64,000 bases of DNA from a bacterium (GTDB taxonomy: Bacteria > Patescibacteriota > Minisyncoccia > UBA6257 > UBA9933): positions 2,758-66,757 of the forward strand of contig JAUYBE010000006.1 in assembly GCA_030693235.1 (NCBI GenBank), given 5' to 3'. Positions 16,220-26,189 of the stretch are shown one piece after another. The position numbers and the translations under genes were made by a program. The stretch's first letter is position 1. Every line of letters begins with the position of its first letter. Under the pieces are notes generated by a model. It ran no database searches. It was given only the letters and a program-made list of their open reading frames with translations, and was not told the DNA's origin.

Positions 16220-18588
16220 CTAATCCACAAAATCAAAATTTATCAGAACGGGATATTTGTACCAAGTTTATAACCCCCGCGCTCGTAAAAGCCGGGTGGG
16301 ACGTACAAAAACAAATTCGCGAAGAGGTTTCATTTACCGCAGGCAGGATTATTGTCCGCGGCAAAACTGTATCTCGGGGAAAAGCCAAACGCGCCGATTA
16401 CATACTCTACTATAAATCCCATTTTCCTCTCGTTGTTATTGAAGCAAAAGACGCGGACCACTCGCTCGACGCCGGTCTTCCGCAAGCCGTGGACTACGGC
16501 GAAACGCTTGACGTGCCTTTCGTCTATAGCTCCAACGGCAGCGGTTTTATTGAGCACGACCGCACAAAATATTCCGGCAACATACAGCAAGAACTCTCCC
16601 TGGAAGAATTCCCGAGCCCGGAAAATCTTTACGCGCGTTATCGGGCATGGAGAAAAATTGCCGCGCCGGAAGAAAAAATCATCAACGAGGAATACTTTGA
16701 AGATATCGGCGGAAAACAACCCCGCTATTTCCAGCAAATCGCCATCAACCGCGCCATTGAGGCAATCGTCAAAGGCCAACAGCGCCTGCTTTTGGTCATG
16801 GCGACGGGCACGGGAAAAACATACACTGCGTTTCAAATCGCCTGGCGCCTGTGGAAAGCCGGAGCCAAAAAGCGAATTCTCTTTCTTGTTGATAGAAACA
16901 TTCTTGCGGATCAGCCGCGCCTGAACGATTTCGCGCCCTTTGGCGACAAAATGACAAAAATCACCCAAAGAAACGCCGACAAAGCCTACGAAGTGTATCT
17001 CGCGCTTTATCAGGCAGTTACCGGAACCGAGGAAGAAAGAAACATCTACAAGCAGTTTTCTCCGGATTTTTTTGACTTGGTTATCGTTGACGAATGTCAT
17101 CGCGGCAGCGCTAAGGCAAACTCCGCGTGGCGCGAGATTCTGGAATACTATTCCGGCGCGACGCAAATCGGCCTTACCGCAACCCCGAAAGAAACCAAAG
17201 ATATTTCCAACATTGAATATTTCGGCGAGCCCGTCTATACCTACTCTTTAAAGCAAGGCATAGAGGACGGTTTTCTTGCGCCCTACAAAGTGGTGCGCAT
17301 TACGCTTGATAAAGACCTTGAATGGCGGCCGGAAGCGGGCACGGTTGACGTGGAGGGAGAAGAAGTTCCCGACCGGATTTATAATGTGCGCGACTACGAC
17401 AGAAATATCATTCTTGATAAACGAACCGAGGTGGTGGCAAAAAAGATTACCGAATTTTTGAAAAACACCGACCGTTTTGATAAAACCATTGTCTTTTGCG
17501 CAAACATCAATCACGCCGAGCGGATGACCCGCGCGCTCATAAACGAAAACGCCGATCTCGCGAGCCAAAACAGCAAATACGTGGTGCGTATTACCGGCGA
17601 CCAGCCGGAAGGTAAAAAAGAGCTTGATAATTTTATCAATCCGGAAAGCAAATATCCGGTCATTGCCGTAACTTCCAAATTGATGACCACAGGCGTGGAT
17701 GCCCAGACCTGCAAAGTCATCGTGCTTGACCAAATCATCAACTCCATAAGCGAGTTTAAGCAGATTATCGGCCGCGGCACCCGCGTGCACGAGGACTACG
17801 GCAAATTTTTCTTTACCATTATTGACTTTCGAAACGCCACCGAGCTTTTTGCCGACCCCGCGTTTGACGGCCCGCCAATCCAAATTTACGAACCAAAGAA
17901 AGACGAATCGCCTGTGCCGCCCGAAGCATCGCCAGAGCACTCAGAGAATCAGGCCACGGCCGCGGAAGAAGAAACCGTGATTTACGACATCGCGTCCGAT
18001 GGCGCCGGCGTTGTTCGGGAAAAGCCAAAAGTGTATCGCGTGCGGGATGTTGAGGTGAAAATCATTCAGGAGCGGGTACAATACTACGATGAAAACGGAA
18101 AACTTATTTCCGAGTCGCTCAAGGACTACAGCAAAAAATCGCTTCTTAAAGAATACGCCTCGCTGGACGAATTTTTGAACGCTTGGAAAAGTTCCGAACG
18201 CAAAGAAGCCATCATTGAGGAGTTGCGTGAGCGCGGCGTTTTTCTTGACGAATTAAAACGCGAAACCGGCAAGGACTTGGACGAATTTGATCTCATCTGC
18301 CATGTGGCGTTCGGCAAGCCGCCGCTGACGAGGTATGAACGCGCCGAGAATGTCAAAAAGCGAAATTATTTTGCCGCATACGAAGCCAATGCCCGCGAGG
18401 TGCTTTCCGCCCTTCTTGAAAAGTACGCGGATCAGGGCATTACCGCGATTGAAAATCCGGAAGTGCTTCGCGTCTCGCCCTTCATCCAGTTCGGCACGCC
18501 GTATCAGATCATCAACGACATCTTCGGCGGACGGGAGAAGTATGTGGAGGCCGTACAAAGCATGGAGCAGGCGTTGTATAGCGCGTAA
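16216..18588 (+). CDS. hsdR: Type I restriction enzyme R subunit (HsdR)
   Basis: The N-terminus 'ERDICTKFITPALVKAGWD' is classic HsdR_N. The helicase motifs are 'MATGTGKT' and 'DECHR'. It is locally GC-richer (~50%) than the window average. Confidence 0.9.
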   Translation: MTNPQNQNLSERDICTKFITPALVKAGWDVQKQIREEVSFTAGRIIVRGKTVSRGKAKRADYILYYKSHFPLVVIEAKDADHSLDAGLPQAVDYGETLDVPFVYSSNGSGFIEHDRTKYSGNIQQELSLEEFPSPENLYARYRAWRKIAAPEEKIINEEYFEDIGGKQPRYFQQIAINRAIEAIVKGQQRLLLVMATGTGKTYTAFQIAWRLWKAGAKKRILFLVDRNILADQPRLNDFAPFGDKMTKITQRNADKAYEVYLALYQAVTGTEEERNIYKQFSPDFFDLVIVDECHRGSAKANSAWREILEYYSGATQIGLTATPKETKDISNIEYFGEPVYTYSLKQGIEDGFLAPYKVVRITLDKDLEWRPEAGTVDVEGEEVPDRIYNVRDYDRNIILDKRTEVVAKKITEFLKNTDRFDKTIVFCANINHAERMTRALINENADLASQNSKYVVRITGDQPEGKKELDNFINPESKYPVIAVTSKLMTTGVDAQTCKVIVLDQIINSISEFKQIIGRGTRVHEDYGKFFFTIIDFRNATELFADPAFDGPPIQIYEPKKDESPVPPEASPEHSENQATAAEEETVIYDIASDGAGVVREKPKVYRVRDVEVKIIQERVQYYDENGKLISESLKDYSKKSLLKEYASLDEFLNAWKSSERKEAIIEELRERGVFLDELKRETGKDLDEFDLICHVAFGKPPLTRYERAENVKKRNYFAAYEANAREVLSALLEKYADQGITAIENPEVLRVSPFIQFGTPYQIINDIFGGREKYVEAVQSMEQALYSA

Positions 18589-18680
18589 ACCAAAGAGTCG
18601 GGGAGTTTGTATATCTCGATTGACTTAATTGATACAAACAGATATACTTTGTATAAATCTTAAAAAAGATTGATACGACT

Positions 18681-19814
18681 ATGAATACAGTAGAAATAGG
18701 TAAAAATAGGCCGCAAAAAGAAGGTTTTAACGCCTTTATTCCAAATTTGTTTCCACCTAATGGCGGGTTTAGTTTTGATGCGAAAATTCTCAAAAAGAAT
18801 GACGAGGCAACGCGCCTGCTAGGTAAACTTGATGGCATTACCCAACTTTTGCCGGACATAGATTTTTTTCTTTTCATGTATATTCGCAAAGACGCCGCAT
18901 CTTCAAGCCAAATTGAAGGGACGAGAGCGACGATGATTGATGCCATTGAAGCGGAAGCAAAAATTGATTCTGATATGCCGGAAGATGTTAATGACATTCT
19001 GCACTACATCAGAGCGCTCAATTACGGCCTCGCGCGGCTTGAAGAGTTTCCTTTTGTTTTGCGTTTTTTGCGTGAACTTCATAAAGAGCTGATGATAGGG
19101 GCGCGTGTAAGCCATTTCTCCAGCCCCGGTGAGTTTCGGGAAAGTCAAAATTGGATCGGCGGCACGCGCCCCGACAACGCGCATTTTGTTCCGCCGCCCG
19201 TGGATGAAATGAAACGCGCGCTTGCTGACCTTGAAAAATTCATCCATGCAAAAGACAATGAACTTTCTCTCATCAAGGCCGGTCTTGCGCACGCGCAATT
19301 TGAGACAATCCACCCGTTCCTTGATGGCAACGGACGTACGGGGCGCATGTTGATCACCTTCTATCTTTGGAAAGAAGGGCTTTTGGAAAGACCGGTCCTG
19401 TTTCTTTCTTCTTATTTTAAGAAGCATCAGAAAATATACTATGATCGCCTTGATAAATACCACGAAGGTGATGTGGAAGCGTGGATGGATTTCTTTCTTG
19501 ATGGCGTAATTGAGATTGCTAAAGAGGCGATAGGAACGGTTTTTTCGATTACCAAGTTGCGGGAACAGGACGCGATGAAAATACAGTCGTTAAGCAAACG
19601 CGCTTCAGAAAGTGCGGTGTTGGTGCTGCCCCAGCTTTATAAAATGCCAATTGTAAATGTGGCGAAAGTTCGGGAGTGGACAGGATTTACGCATGCCGGC
19701 GCGCAGAATCTGATTGATCGGTTTGTTGAACTTGATATTTTGCGCGATCGTAATCCAAATGTAACATACGGTAAATCATATATGTATAAAAAATACGTTG
19801 ATATTTTCGTTTAA
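18681..19814 (+). CDS. Fic/Doc family protein inserted between hsdR and hsdM
   Basis: It carries the Fic motif 'HPFLDGNGRTGR'. Confidence 0.85.
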   Translation: MNTVEIGKNRPQKEGFNAFIPNLFPPNGGFSFDAKILKKNDEATRLLGKLDGITQLLPDIDFFLFMYIRKDAASSSQIEGTRATMIDAIEAEAKIDSDMPEDVNDILHYIRALNYGLARLEEFPFVLRFLRELHKELMIGARVSHFSSPGEFRESQNWIGGTRPDNAHFVPPPVDEMKRALADLEKFIHAKDNELSLIKAGLAHAQFETIHPFLDGNGRTGRMLITFYLWKEGLLERPVLFLSSYFKKHQKIYYDRLDKYHEGDVEAWMDFFLDGVIEIAKEAIGTVFSITKLREQDAMKIQSLSKRASESAVLVLPQLYKMPIVNVAKVREWTGFTHAGAQNLIDRFVELDILRDRNPNVTYGKSYMYKKYVDIFV

Positions 19815-19818
19815 CACT

Positions 19819-21205
19819 ATGTCCGTTCAATCCATTATAAAATCAATCCAAGACATTATGCGCCAAGACGCCGGCGTGGACGGCGACGCCCAGAGAATTT
19901 CCCAAATCGTCTGGATGGTTTTTTTGAAAATGTTTGATGACAAAGAAAAAGAATACGGAACGCTTGACCCAAAATATAAATCTCCCATCCCCGAAAAACT
20001 TCGCTGGCGAAACTGGGCGGCAGACGAAGAAGGAATAACCGGCGAAAAACTGCTGGACTTTGTCAATAACGTTCTTTTCAAAGGATTCAAAAATCTTCCC
20101 GCGGGAGGCGACGCGCGCGGCCTGATTGTCCGCCAGGTGTTTGAAGACGCCTACAACTATAATGAAGTCCGGCACGCTTATCCGGCAGGTGGTAAATAAA
20201 ATTAACCAGATTGACTTTAACCGCAAAGACGAACGGCATCTTTTCAACGATATCTACGAACATATGTTGAAAGAGCTCCAGAGCGCGGGCAACGCAGGAG
20301 AATACTACACGCCGCGCCCGATCACGGAATTTATCGTGGAAATGACCGGACCCAAGCTCGGCCAAAAAATTCTTGACCCGGCCTGCGGCACCGGCGGATT
20401 TTTGGCAAACGCCATTGAATACATCCGCGGCCGCGAAGTCAAAAGCCCCAAAGACGAAAAGAAATTGCAGGAGTCGCTTTTTGGCGTGGAGGTCAAGCCG
20501 CTTCCGTATTTGCTCGCGATTACCAATCTTATGCTGCATAACATAGAAGTTCCCCGGCAGATTCGCCGCGCCGATATGCTGGCGCGTCCGCTTCGCGACT
20601 ATGGGCCGAGCGACCGGGTTGATATCATTGTTACCAATCCTCCTTTTGGCGCCATGGTGGCCACCGGCACCGATGCAAACTTTCCCGCGGAACTGCGCAC
20701 GCGCGAGACAGCAGACCTTTTCCTGGTGCTCATTATGCATCTCTTAAAATCCGGCGGGAGCGCTGGCATCGTGCTTCCGGACGGCTCGCTTTTCGGCGAA
20801 GGGGTAAAAACAAGAATCAGGGCAAAACTTCTGGAAGAATGCAATCTGCACACTATCGTGCGCTTGCCGCAGGGCGTATTTTCTCCCTACGCGGGCGTAA
20901 AAACAAACCTGCTTTTCTTTACCAAAGGAGAGCCCACCAAAGAGATTTGGTATTTTGAACACCCTCTGCCCGAGGGCTACCGCGCCTATTCCAAAAATCG
21001 CCCCATCCAGTCAAAAGAATTCGCGCTGGAGCGCAAGTGGTGGCAGAACCGCAAAAAAACCGCCAACGCCTGGAAGGTTTCCATTAAAGAAATCAAAGAC
21101 CAAAACTATAACCTTGATTTCAAAAACCCCAACGGCAAAACCGACCTCGCCCACAAGCCACCCGCGGAGTTGGTGAAGATATTACAAAAAATGAAAATGA
21201 AATAG
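19819..21205 (+). pseudogene. hsdM: Type I RM methyltransferase subunit HsdM, interrupted by a +1 frameshift (extra A at ~20161). It may be a sequencing error rather than genuine inactivation.
   Basis: HsdM_N is in frame 1 ('...RQVFEDAYNY' ending at 20199). The remainder is in frame 2 from 20126 ('MKSGTLIRQVVNKINQIDF...EYYTPRP...DPACGTGGFL...NPPFG'). The two parts are contiguous in the HsdM consensus 'VFEDAYNYMKSGTLLRQVINKI' if one A is removed from 'tataatg' at 20158-20164. Confidence 0.8.
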
Positions 21206-21428
21206 GTACAATAGTGGGTGAAATAAAGCAGATTTTATAGAATTCCATTCTAAATAATGTTCCAACGGCATTTCAGTTCCTAATTGTAATAGTTACTGAA
21301 TTTGAGGTACAGAGCAGTAATTTTTTCGAAATAGGGGTGTGGATAACTACCCCTATTGACTTTTTATATTACCCCGTGTAGTATTCCCAGTATGGGAACT
21401 ATGAACTGGGTAACCCGTATAAAAAAAT

Positions 21429-21716
21429 ATGAAATTAATAGGCAAACAATCATTGCAAGATTTTATAGGAAGGCATGCCGATACTCGATCACAGATTGAA
21501 TCGTGGAAGGCTGAAGTCGAAGAGGCAAAGTGGAGCACCCCACACGAGATTAAAAGCAAATACCCCAAGGCAAGTATTTTAAAGAATCAAAACGTAATTT
21601 TCGATATTTGTAGGAATAAATATCGGTTGTGGGCGAAGGTCAATTATAAGAACGGGTTAGTTTTGATAAAAAATATCGGCACACATAAGGAATATGAGAA
21701 ATGGGAAATAATTTAG
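21429..21716 (+). CDS. higB: HigB-like type II toxin (RelE superfamily)
   Basis: 'SWKAEVEEAKWSTPHEIKSKYPKASIL...CRNKYRLWAKVNYKNGLVLIKNIGTHKEYE' matches the HigB_toxin pattern (NKYRLI...FIGTHAEYD). Confidence 0.7.
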   Translation: MKLIGKQSLQDFIGRHADTRSQIESWKAEVEEAKWSTPHEIKSKYPKASILKNQNVIFDICRNKYRLWAKVNYKNGLVLIKNIGTHKEYEKWEII

Positions 21717-21724
21717 CAAACAAC

Positions 21725-22939
21725 ATGGACAAAATTAGAATCATAAAAACTGAACAAGATTATAAAGAAGCTCTCAAATTAGTCGAGAAGCTAATAATCT
21801 GTGATCCAAATCCAGATTCTCCCAAAGGAGAACAACTTAACCTTCTTGCCATTCTTATTCAAGATTATGAAGCGAGAGCCTTTCCAGAAATACTTCCCAA
21901 CCCAATTGAAGCTATCAAATTTAGAATGGAGCAAGCTGAACTCAAGCCCGCCGATCTCATTCCATATATTGGCAGTCGAAGTAGAGTATCCGAAATTCTT
22001 TCAGGTAAGCGCCAACTCACTTTGGATATGGTAAAAGCCTTATCTGATGGACTTGGAATTCCGGCGAAGGTATTAATAAAAAAACCTGATGAAAAAGAAG
22101 AAACAGAATACCAAAATTGGGATAACCGTCTTGTAGCAGAAATGGAAGCGCGAGGTTATTTCGGAAGTGCTTCAATAAAAAAATCCGGTAAAATTGAATT
22201 GCTCAAAAATTTCTTTTCGTTAGTTAGTTCTCCAGCCCAGATGGTGGGTATGTTGCGCAAATCTAGCTACAGATCATCTCCACTAACAGATAAACACGCA
22301 TTGTCTGCTTGGGCTAATCGTGTACTCAAAAAAGCTCAGAAGGTTAAAATAACAAAAAAATATAAGCACGGCACTATAGATATTAATTTCTTACAGGAGT
22401 TAGTAAAATTAAGCGCAAAAGAGAACAGCCCTATTTTAGCTCAAGAATATCTGAAGAAGTACGGAATTGTATTGGTGATTGAGCCTCATTTTTCTAAAAC
22501 CTATCTGGATGGTGCGGCCATTCTTGTAAATAAAGATAACCCGATTATCGGTCTAACCCTTAGATACGACCGGTTAGATAATTTCTGGTTTACTATACTG
22601 CACGAATTGGCACATATCGTCCGACATTACGATAGCGGTATCAGTCTCTTTTTCGATGAGATCGAAGGAATAAAAGCGATTGACTTAGATGAAAAAGAAA
22701 AAGAAGCCGATGCGTTAGCTGAGGATATTATTCTACCGAAAGCTAAATGGGAGATCAGTCCTGCTAGACTCATCCCTTCTTCTATGGCGGCAAATAGCTT
22801 GGCTAATGAGCTTGGAGTGCATATAGCTCTTGTCGCCGGGCAAATCAGGCATAAAGGAAATAAGTACGTTTATTTAAACAAAATTGTGAACGAATCTAAA
22901 GTTAGAAATTATTTCCCCAACGAAAAGTGGAATAAATAA
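21725..22939 (+). CDS. HigA-like HTH antitoxin fused to an ImmA/IrrE-family zinc metallopeptidase domain (HEXXH); the track ORF starts at 21701
   Basis: The N-terminal HTH is 'RSRVSEILSGKRQLTLDMVKAL'. The C-terminal 'FTILHELAHIVRHYD' is the HEXXH of COG2856/ImmA peptidases. Confidence 0.7.
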   Translation: MDKIRIIKTEQDYKEALKLVEKLIICDPNPDSPKGEQLNLLAILIQDYEARAFPEILPNPIEAIKFRMEQAELKPADLIPYIGSRSRVSEILSGKRQLTLDMVKALSDGLGIPAKVLIKKPDEKEETEYQNWDNRLVAEMEARGYFGSASIKKSGKIELLKNFFSLVSSPAQMVGMLRKSSYRSSPLTDKHALSAWANRVLKKAQKVKITKKYKHGTIDINFLQELVKLSAKENSPILAQEYLKKYGIVLVIEPHFSKTYLDGAAILVNKDNPIIGLTLRYDRLDNFWFTILHELAHIVRHYDSGISLFFDEIEGIKAIDLDEKEKEADALAEDIILPKAKWEISPARLIPSSMAANSLANELGVHIALVAGQIRHKGNKYVYLNKIVNESKVRNYFPNEKWNK

Positions 22940-22940
22940 C

Positions 22941-24020
22941 ATGTTTAATTCAAAGCATTATGTCCCAATATTGAAATGGAAACGCGCCGAACAAGGGGCG
23001 CTTAAAGCATTAAGAGAAAAGCACAAAAAGAACATTACTCCTTTGGTTCAATTTGTGATGCCGAAAAACAAACCACAAGAGCAGCTTGGAGATGTCATAA
23101 AGAGATTTGAGAGACAATTGACTGAAATATCAGCAAAATTAATTGATGTATGGGGTCTCACACCAATATTCGTGGATGTTAGCTTATTATTCTCTACTCC
23201 TTTGAAAACTAAAGCTCTCGACGTTATTTCGCGAGAAGGCCATAGACTCGGAGGCATTTTTATCCCAGTTGCACATCTTAATGATAACGAGCAGATCATA
23301 AAATCAGCCATAGTTGTCGCAAAAAAGACTGAAAAAGGACTGTGTCTGAGATTAATAAGCTCGGATTTCTCGAACACGACTGAACTGAATCAAAATATTA
23401 CCAAATTTTTTTCGGGGGGATTAAGCGAGAAAGATATTGATCTACTGGTTGATATTAAGGAAACCGAAAAGAACGTAGATAAATATGTTAAGTATATAAA
23501 TTTAAGCCAGAACATTCCCGGCTTGTCGAAATGGCGAACGTTTACTTTTGCGAGCGGTTCCTTCCCTGAAGATCTATCTGAATGCAAACTCGATGAAGAA
23601 AATCTCATGCCGCGTATTGACTGGAAAAGTTGGAAAGAACATATTAGTAAAAAGCTACAAAGAAAACCAACATTTGCTGATTACACAATTCAGCACCCGG
23701 TCTATAAAGAAATTACTCAATTTTTCCATCCGACTTCAAGTATTAAATATACTCTGGAAAATGACTGGTTGATTATGAAGGGAAAAAAACAAAAATTCGA
23801 ACTATACTTGGCAAGTGCGGCGGAGTTAGTAAAGGACAAAAGATTTTCCGGAGAAAACTTCAGTGAAGGCGACAAATACATTGCGGAAAAAGCTAAACAT
23901 TTCGAAACGTATATAAAAAATCCCGCGATCAAAGGCACGGGAAGCACTGAGACCTGGCTTAAGGCCGGCATTAACCACCATTTATCGCTAGTTGCGGATC
24001 AGATCGCCAACCTTCCCTAG
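22941..24020 (+). CDS. Beta_protein (PF14350)-like protein; tentative
   Basis: The N-terminus 'YVPILKWKRAEQGAL' resembles the Beta_protein family signature (YVPxLKxKxGExxAL). The stop-start junction with the upstream HTH-peptidase gene is only 2 nt. The assignment is from memory of the family signature and is not verified. Confidence 0.45.
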   Translation: MFNSKHYVPILKWKRAEQGALKALREKHKKNITPLVQFVMPKNKPQEQLGDVIKRFERQLTEISAKLIDVWGLTPIFVDVSLLFSTPLKTKALDVISREGHRLGGIFIPVAHLNDNEQIIKSAIVVAKKTEKGLCLRLISSDFSNTTELNQNITKFFSGGLSEKDIDLLVDIKETEKNVDKYVKYINLSQNIPGLSKWRTFTFASGSFPEDLSECKLDEENLMPRIDWKSWKEHISKKLQRKPTFADYTIQHPVYKEITQFFHPTSSIKYTLENDWLIMKGKKQKFELYLASAAELVKDKRFSGENFSEGDKYIAEKAKHFETYIKNPAIKGTGSTETWLKAGINHHLSLVADQIANLP

Positions 24021-24642
24021 AAACAAGTAATGAACTTACATGTTTTTTAAGGACACTGGTTTCTAATACATTAGCAAGTTTTTCATATACGAATTCTCGT
24101 GGCTTATGGCGCACCTCATCTGCCTCGTTTTGCTCTTCCAGAATTCCAAGTGCTTCTTCTCTCCATAATAACCGAGCTATGGAGATGCCTTTCTGTTTTT
24201 TGTTTTGCTCTGGCTTGCGAATCGTCTGAAAGACAACGCGATCATTATCATCAGTCTTCGCAATCATTACACCCCACCAATCAGGAATGATATGCATTGC
24301 GTGATACAAATGACGTTTTCCTACGACAAGAGTCATCTTATCAAAAACAGAATTGAATTCTTCTACTTGTTCAGGTAATCGTTCTAGCGTATCGCGATCA
24401 CTTTTTATTTCATACCCGCACATTACACCATTAATAATAGCGAGGTCTATTCTTGCGGTTCCGTGTCGGACACCAAGTTCTTCAAAAATTTCTGCCTTAT
24501 GTCCCTTCTTTCGGTACCTTTCTAGTTCTTTATCTAAAACACTTTTTCGGAGAGCTACGCGTATAACTTTATCGTTTGTTGAAAACATTTGATTGTGAGT
24601 TTTTGTTTCCATGGTTAAAAAACTCTTTTTATATATTAGCAC
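23971..24642 (-). CDS. MmcB-like PD-(D/E)xK nuclease family protein (antisense, between the Beta-like gene and hsdS); probable start at Met 24612
   Basis: 'HGTARIDLAIINGVMCGYEIKSDRDTLERLPEQVEEFNSVFDKMTLVV' matches the MmcB-like D...ExK core. Its 3' end overlaps the convergent gene by 50 nt. Confidence 0.5.
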   Translation of the reverse strand: MLIYKKSFLTMETKTHNQMFSTNDKVIRVALRKSVLDKELERYRKKGHKAEIFEELGVRHGTARIDLAIINGVMCGYEIKSDRDTLERLPEQVEEFNSVFDKMTLVVGKRHLYHAMHIIPDWWGVMIAKTDDNDRVVFQTIRKPEQNKKQKGISIARLLWREEALGILEEQNEADEVRHKPREFVYEKLANVLETSVLKKHVSSLLVSREGWRSDPQLAINGG

Positions 24643-24741
24643 ATCTAAAACATATTTTAAACACTCGCCTTGTGATTAATAAGTAAAATACATCAACACT
24701 CCTTTATTTTATAGCAAAATTTGGATAAAGTTAAGTAAACT

Positions 24742-25962
24742 ATGGAAACTAACCATCCAACAAAAAAACTCGGAGAGGTTGTAGATATTTTGGATAACCT
24801 CAGAAAACCGGTGACAAGACGGGAAAGATTGCTTGGCCCATATCCATATTATGGTGCTACCGGTGTTCAGGATTATGTGGCCAATTTTATTTTTGACGAA
24901 GACCTTGTTTTAGTCGGTGAAGATGGCGCCCGATGGAATGCTGGCGATAACTCTGCATATAAAATATCAGGAAAAAGCTGGGTCAATAACCATGCTCATG
25001 TTTTGCGTCCACACAGAGATATTTTACTGGATGATTGGCTTGTATACTTTTTGAACATCTCCGATTTGTCTGGATACATTACGGGAACTACGGTCAAAAA
25101 ATTGAATCAAGCAAAACTAAGGTTAATCGAAATCCCTATCCCTTCTCTTGCGGAGCAGAGGAAAATTGTGGAAAAAATTGAAAAACTTTTTGCGAAAATT
25201 GACGAAGCCAGCCGCCTCCGCGCCGAATCTCTCACCGCCTCCGCCGCCCTCCTCCCCTCCGCCCTCCACCAAATCTTTAGTTCGGCAAGCTCACCACAAG
25301 CTTCCCACCAAAAACATTCCAACATTCTTGAGAATGTGAGAATATCGCAAACCAAGCAAAAAGCTTGGGAAGAAAAGAAAATAGGCGAAATTGCCGAGAT
25401 CAATCCTTCAAAAAGAGAAATCGCTGAAATTAACGCCAGCACAGAAATATCATTTGTTTCAATGTCGGCAGTAAGTGAAAAAACTCAAATCATTGAGAGA
25501 CAAGAAACAAGAAAAATAGATGAGGTGAAAAAGGGCTATACCTATTTCAGAGAAGACGATGTGCTTTTTGCCAAAATAACACCGTGTATGGAAAATGGAA
25601 AAGTAACTATCGCGAAAAACCTAAAAAACGGCATTGGGTTTGGTTCAACTGAATTTCATGTGTTGCGCGCGAAAGAGAATGTTTTATCAAAATGGCTATT
25701 TTATTTTTTGTGGAATCCGGAATTCAGAAAGGAGGCACAAAACAATATGACCGGCACGGCTGGCCAACGCCGTGTGCCGATGGAATTTTTAACAAAGGTA
25801 AAAATCCCTCTCCCGCCCGTTGCCGAGCAAAAAAAAATCGTGGAATATCTTGATTCGCTTTCCGCCAAGGCGCGTGCGTTGCAATCATTGCAACAGGAAA
25901 CAAAAAACGACTTTTCCGCCCTTCGCCAATCCGTGCTTCATCAGTCATTTTCTACCAAATAA
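24742..25962 (+). CDS. hsdS: Type I RM specificity subunit (HsdS), two TRDs
   Basis: The N-terminus is 'KLGEVVDILDNLRKPVTRRERLLGPYPYYGATG'. The conserved central and C-terminal helices are 'LAEQRKIVEKIEKLFAKIDEA' and 'VAEQKKIVEYLDSLSAKARALQ'. Confidence 0.85.
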   Translation: METNHPTKKLGEVVDILDNLRKPVTRRERLLGPYPYYGATGVQDYVANFIFDEDLVLVGEDGARWNAGDNSAYKISGKSWVNNHAHVLRPHRDILLDDWLVYFLNISDLSGYITGTTVKKLNQAKLRLIEIPIPSLAEQRKIVEKIEKLFAKIDEASRLRAESLTASAALLPSALHQIFSSASSPQASHQKHSNILENVRISQTKQKAWEEKKIGEIAEINPSKREIAEINASTEISFVSMSAVSEKTQIIERQETRKIDEVKKGYTYFREDDVLFAKITPCMENGKVTIAKNLKNGIGFGSTEFHVLRAKENVLSKWLFYFLWNPEFRKEAQNNMTGTAGQRRVPMEFLTKVKIPLPPVAEQKKIVEYLDSLSAKARALQSLQQETKNDFSALRQSVLHQSFSTK

Positions 25963-26189
25963 CATACCAACAAACTTGAGAATGTAAGGATGTTATGGAA
26001 CCGACAAAACCCAACTCCTCGCCCAGCGAGCTAAATTGAAAGAACTATTTGATAGCGTGTTGTATAAATCAATGAGGCCTCGCTGATGTTTTAAGCGAAA
26101 TATAGGGTGTGTATAACTTTTTGACATTGCTATTGACAAATAATTTTACATCGGATAAATTGAAAGTAGTTAATAAAAAAAATAAAATT

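Noticed and set aside
16330-18997. Long antisense ORFs inside hsdR/hsdM (e.g. 16330-17166 -, 17248-17940 -, 20087-20740 -)
   Set aside because: They are shadow ORFs typical of GC-rich coding DNA, fully overlapped by genes with strong motifs. They have no motifs of their own.
20128-20192. A 52-bp local duplication ('ccgccaggtg' and 'ccggcaggtg') as the cause of the hsdM frameshift
   Set aside because: The two RQV-encoding segments correspond to two distinct, adjacent conserved HsdM motifs (VFEDAYNY and LIRQVVNKI). A single extra A explains the shift.
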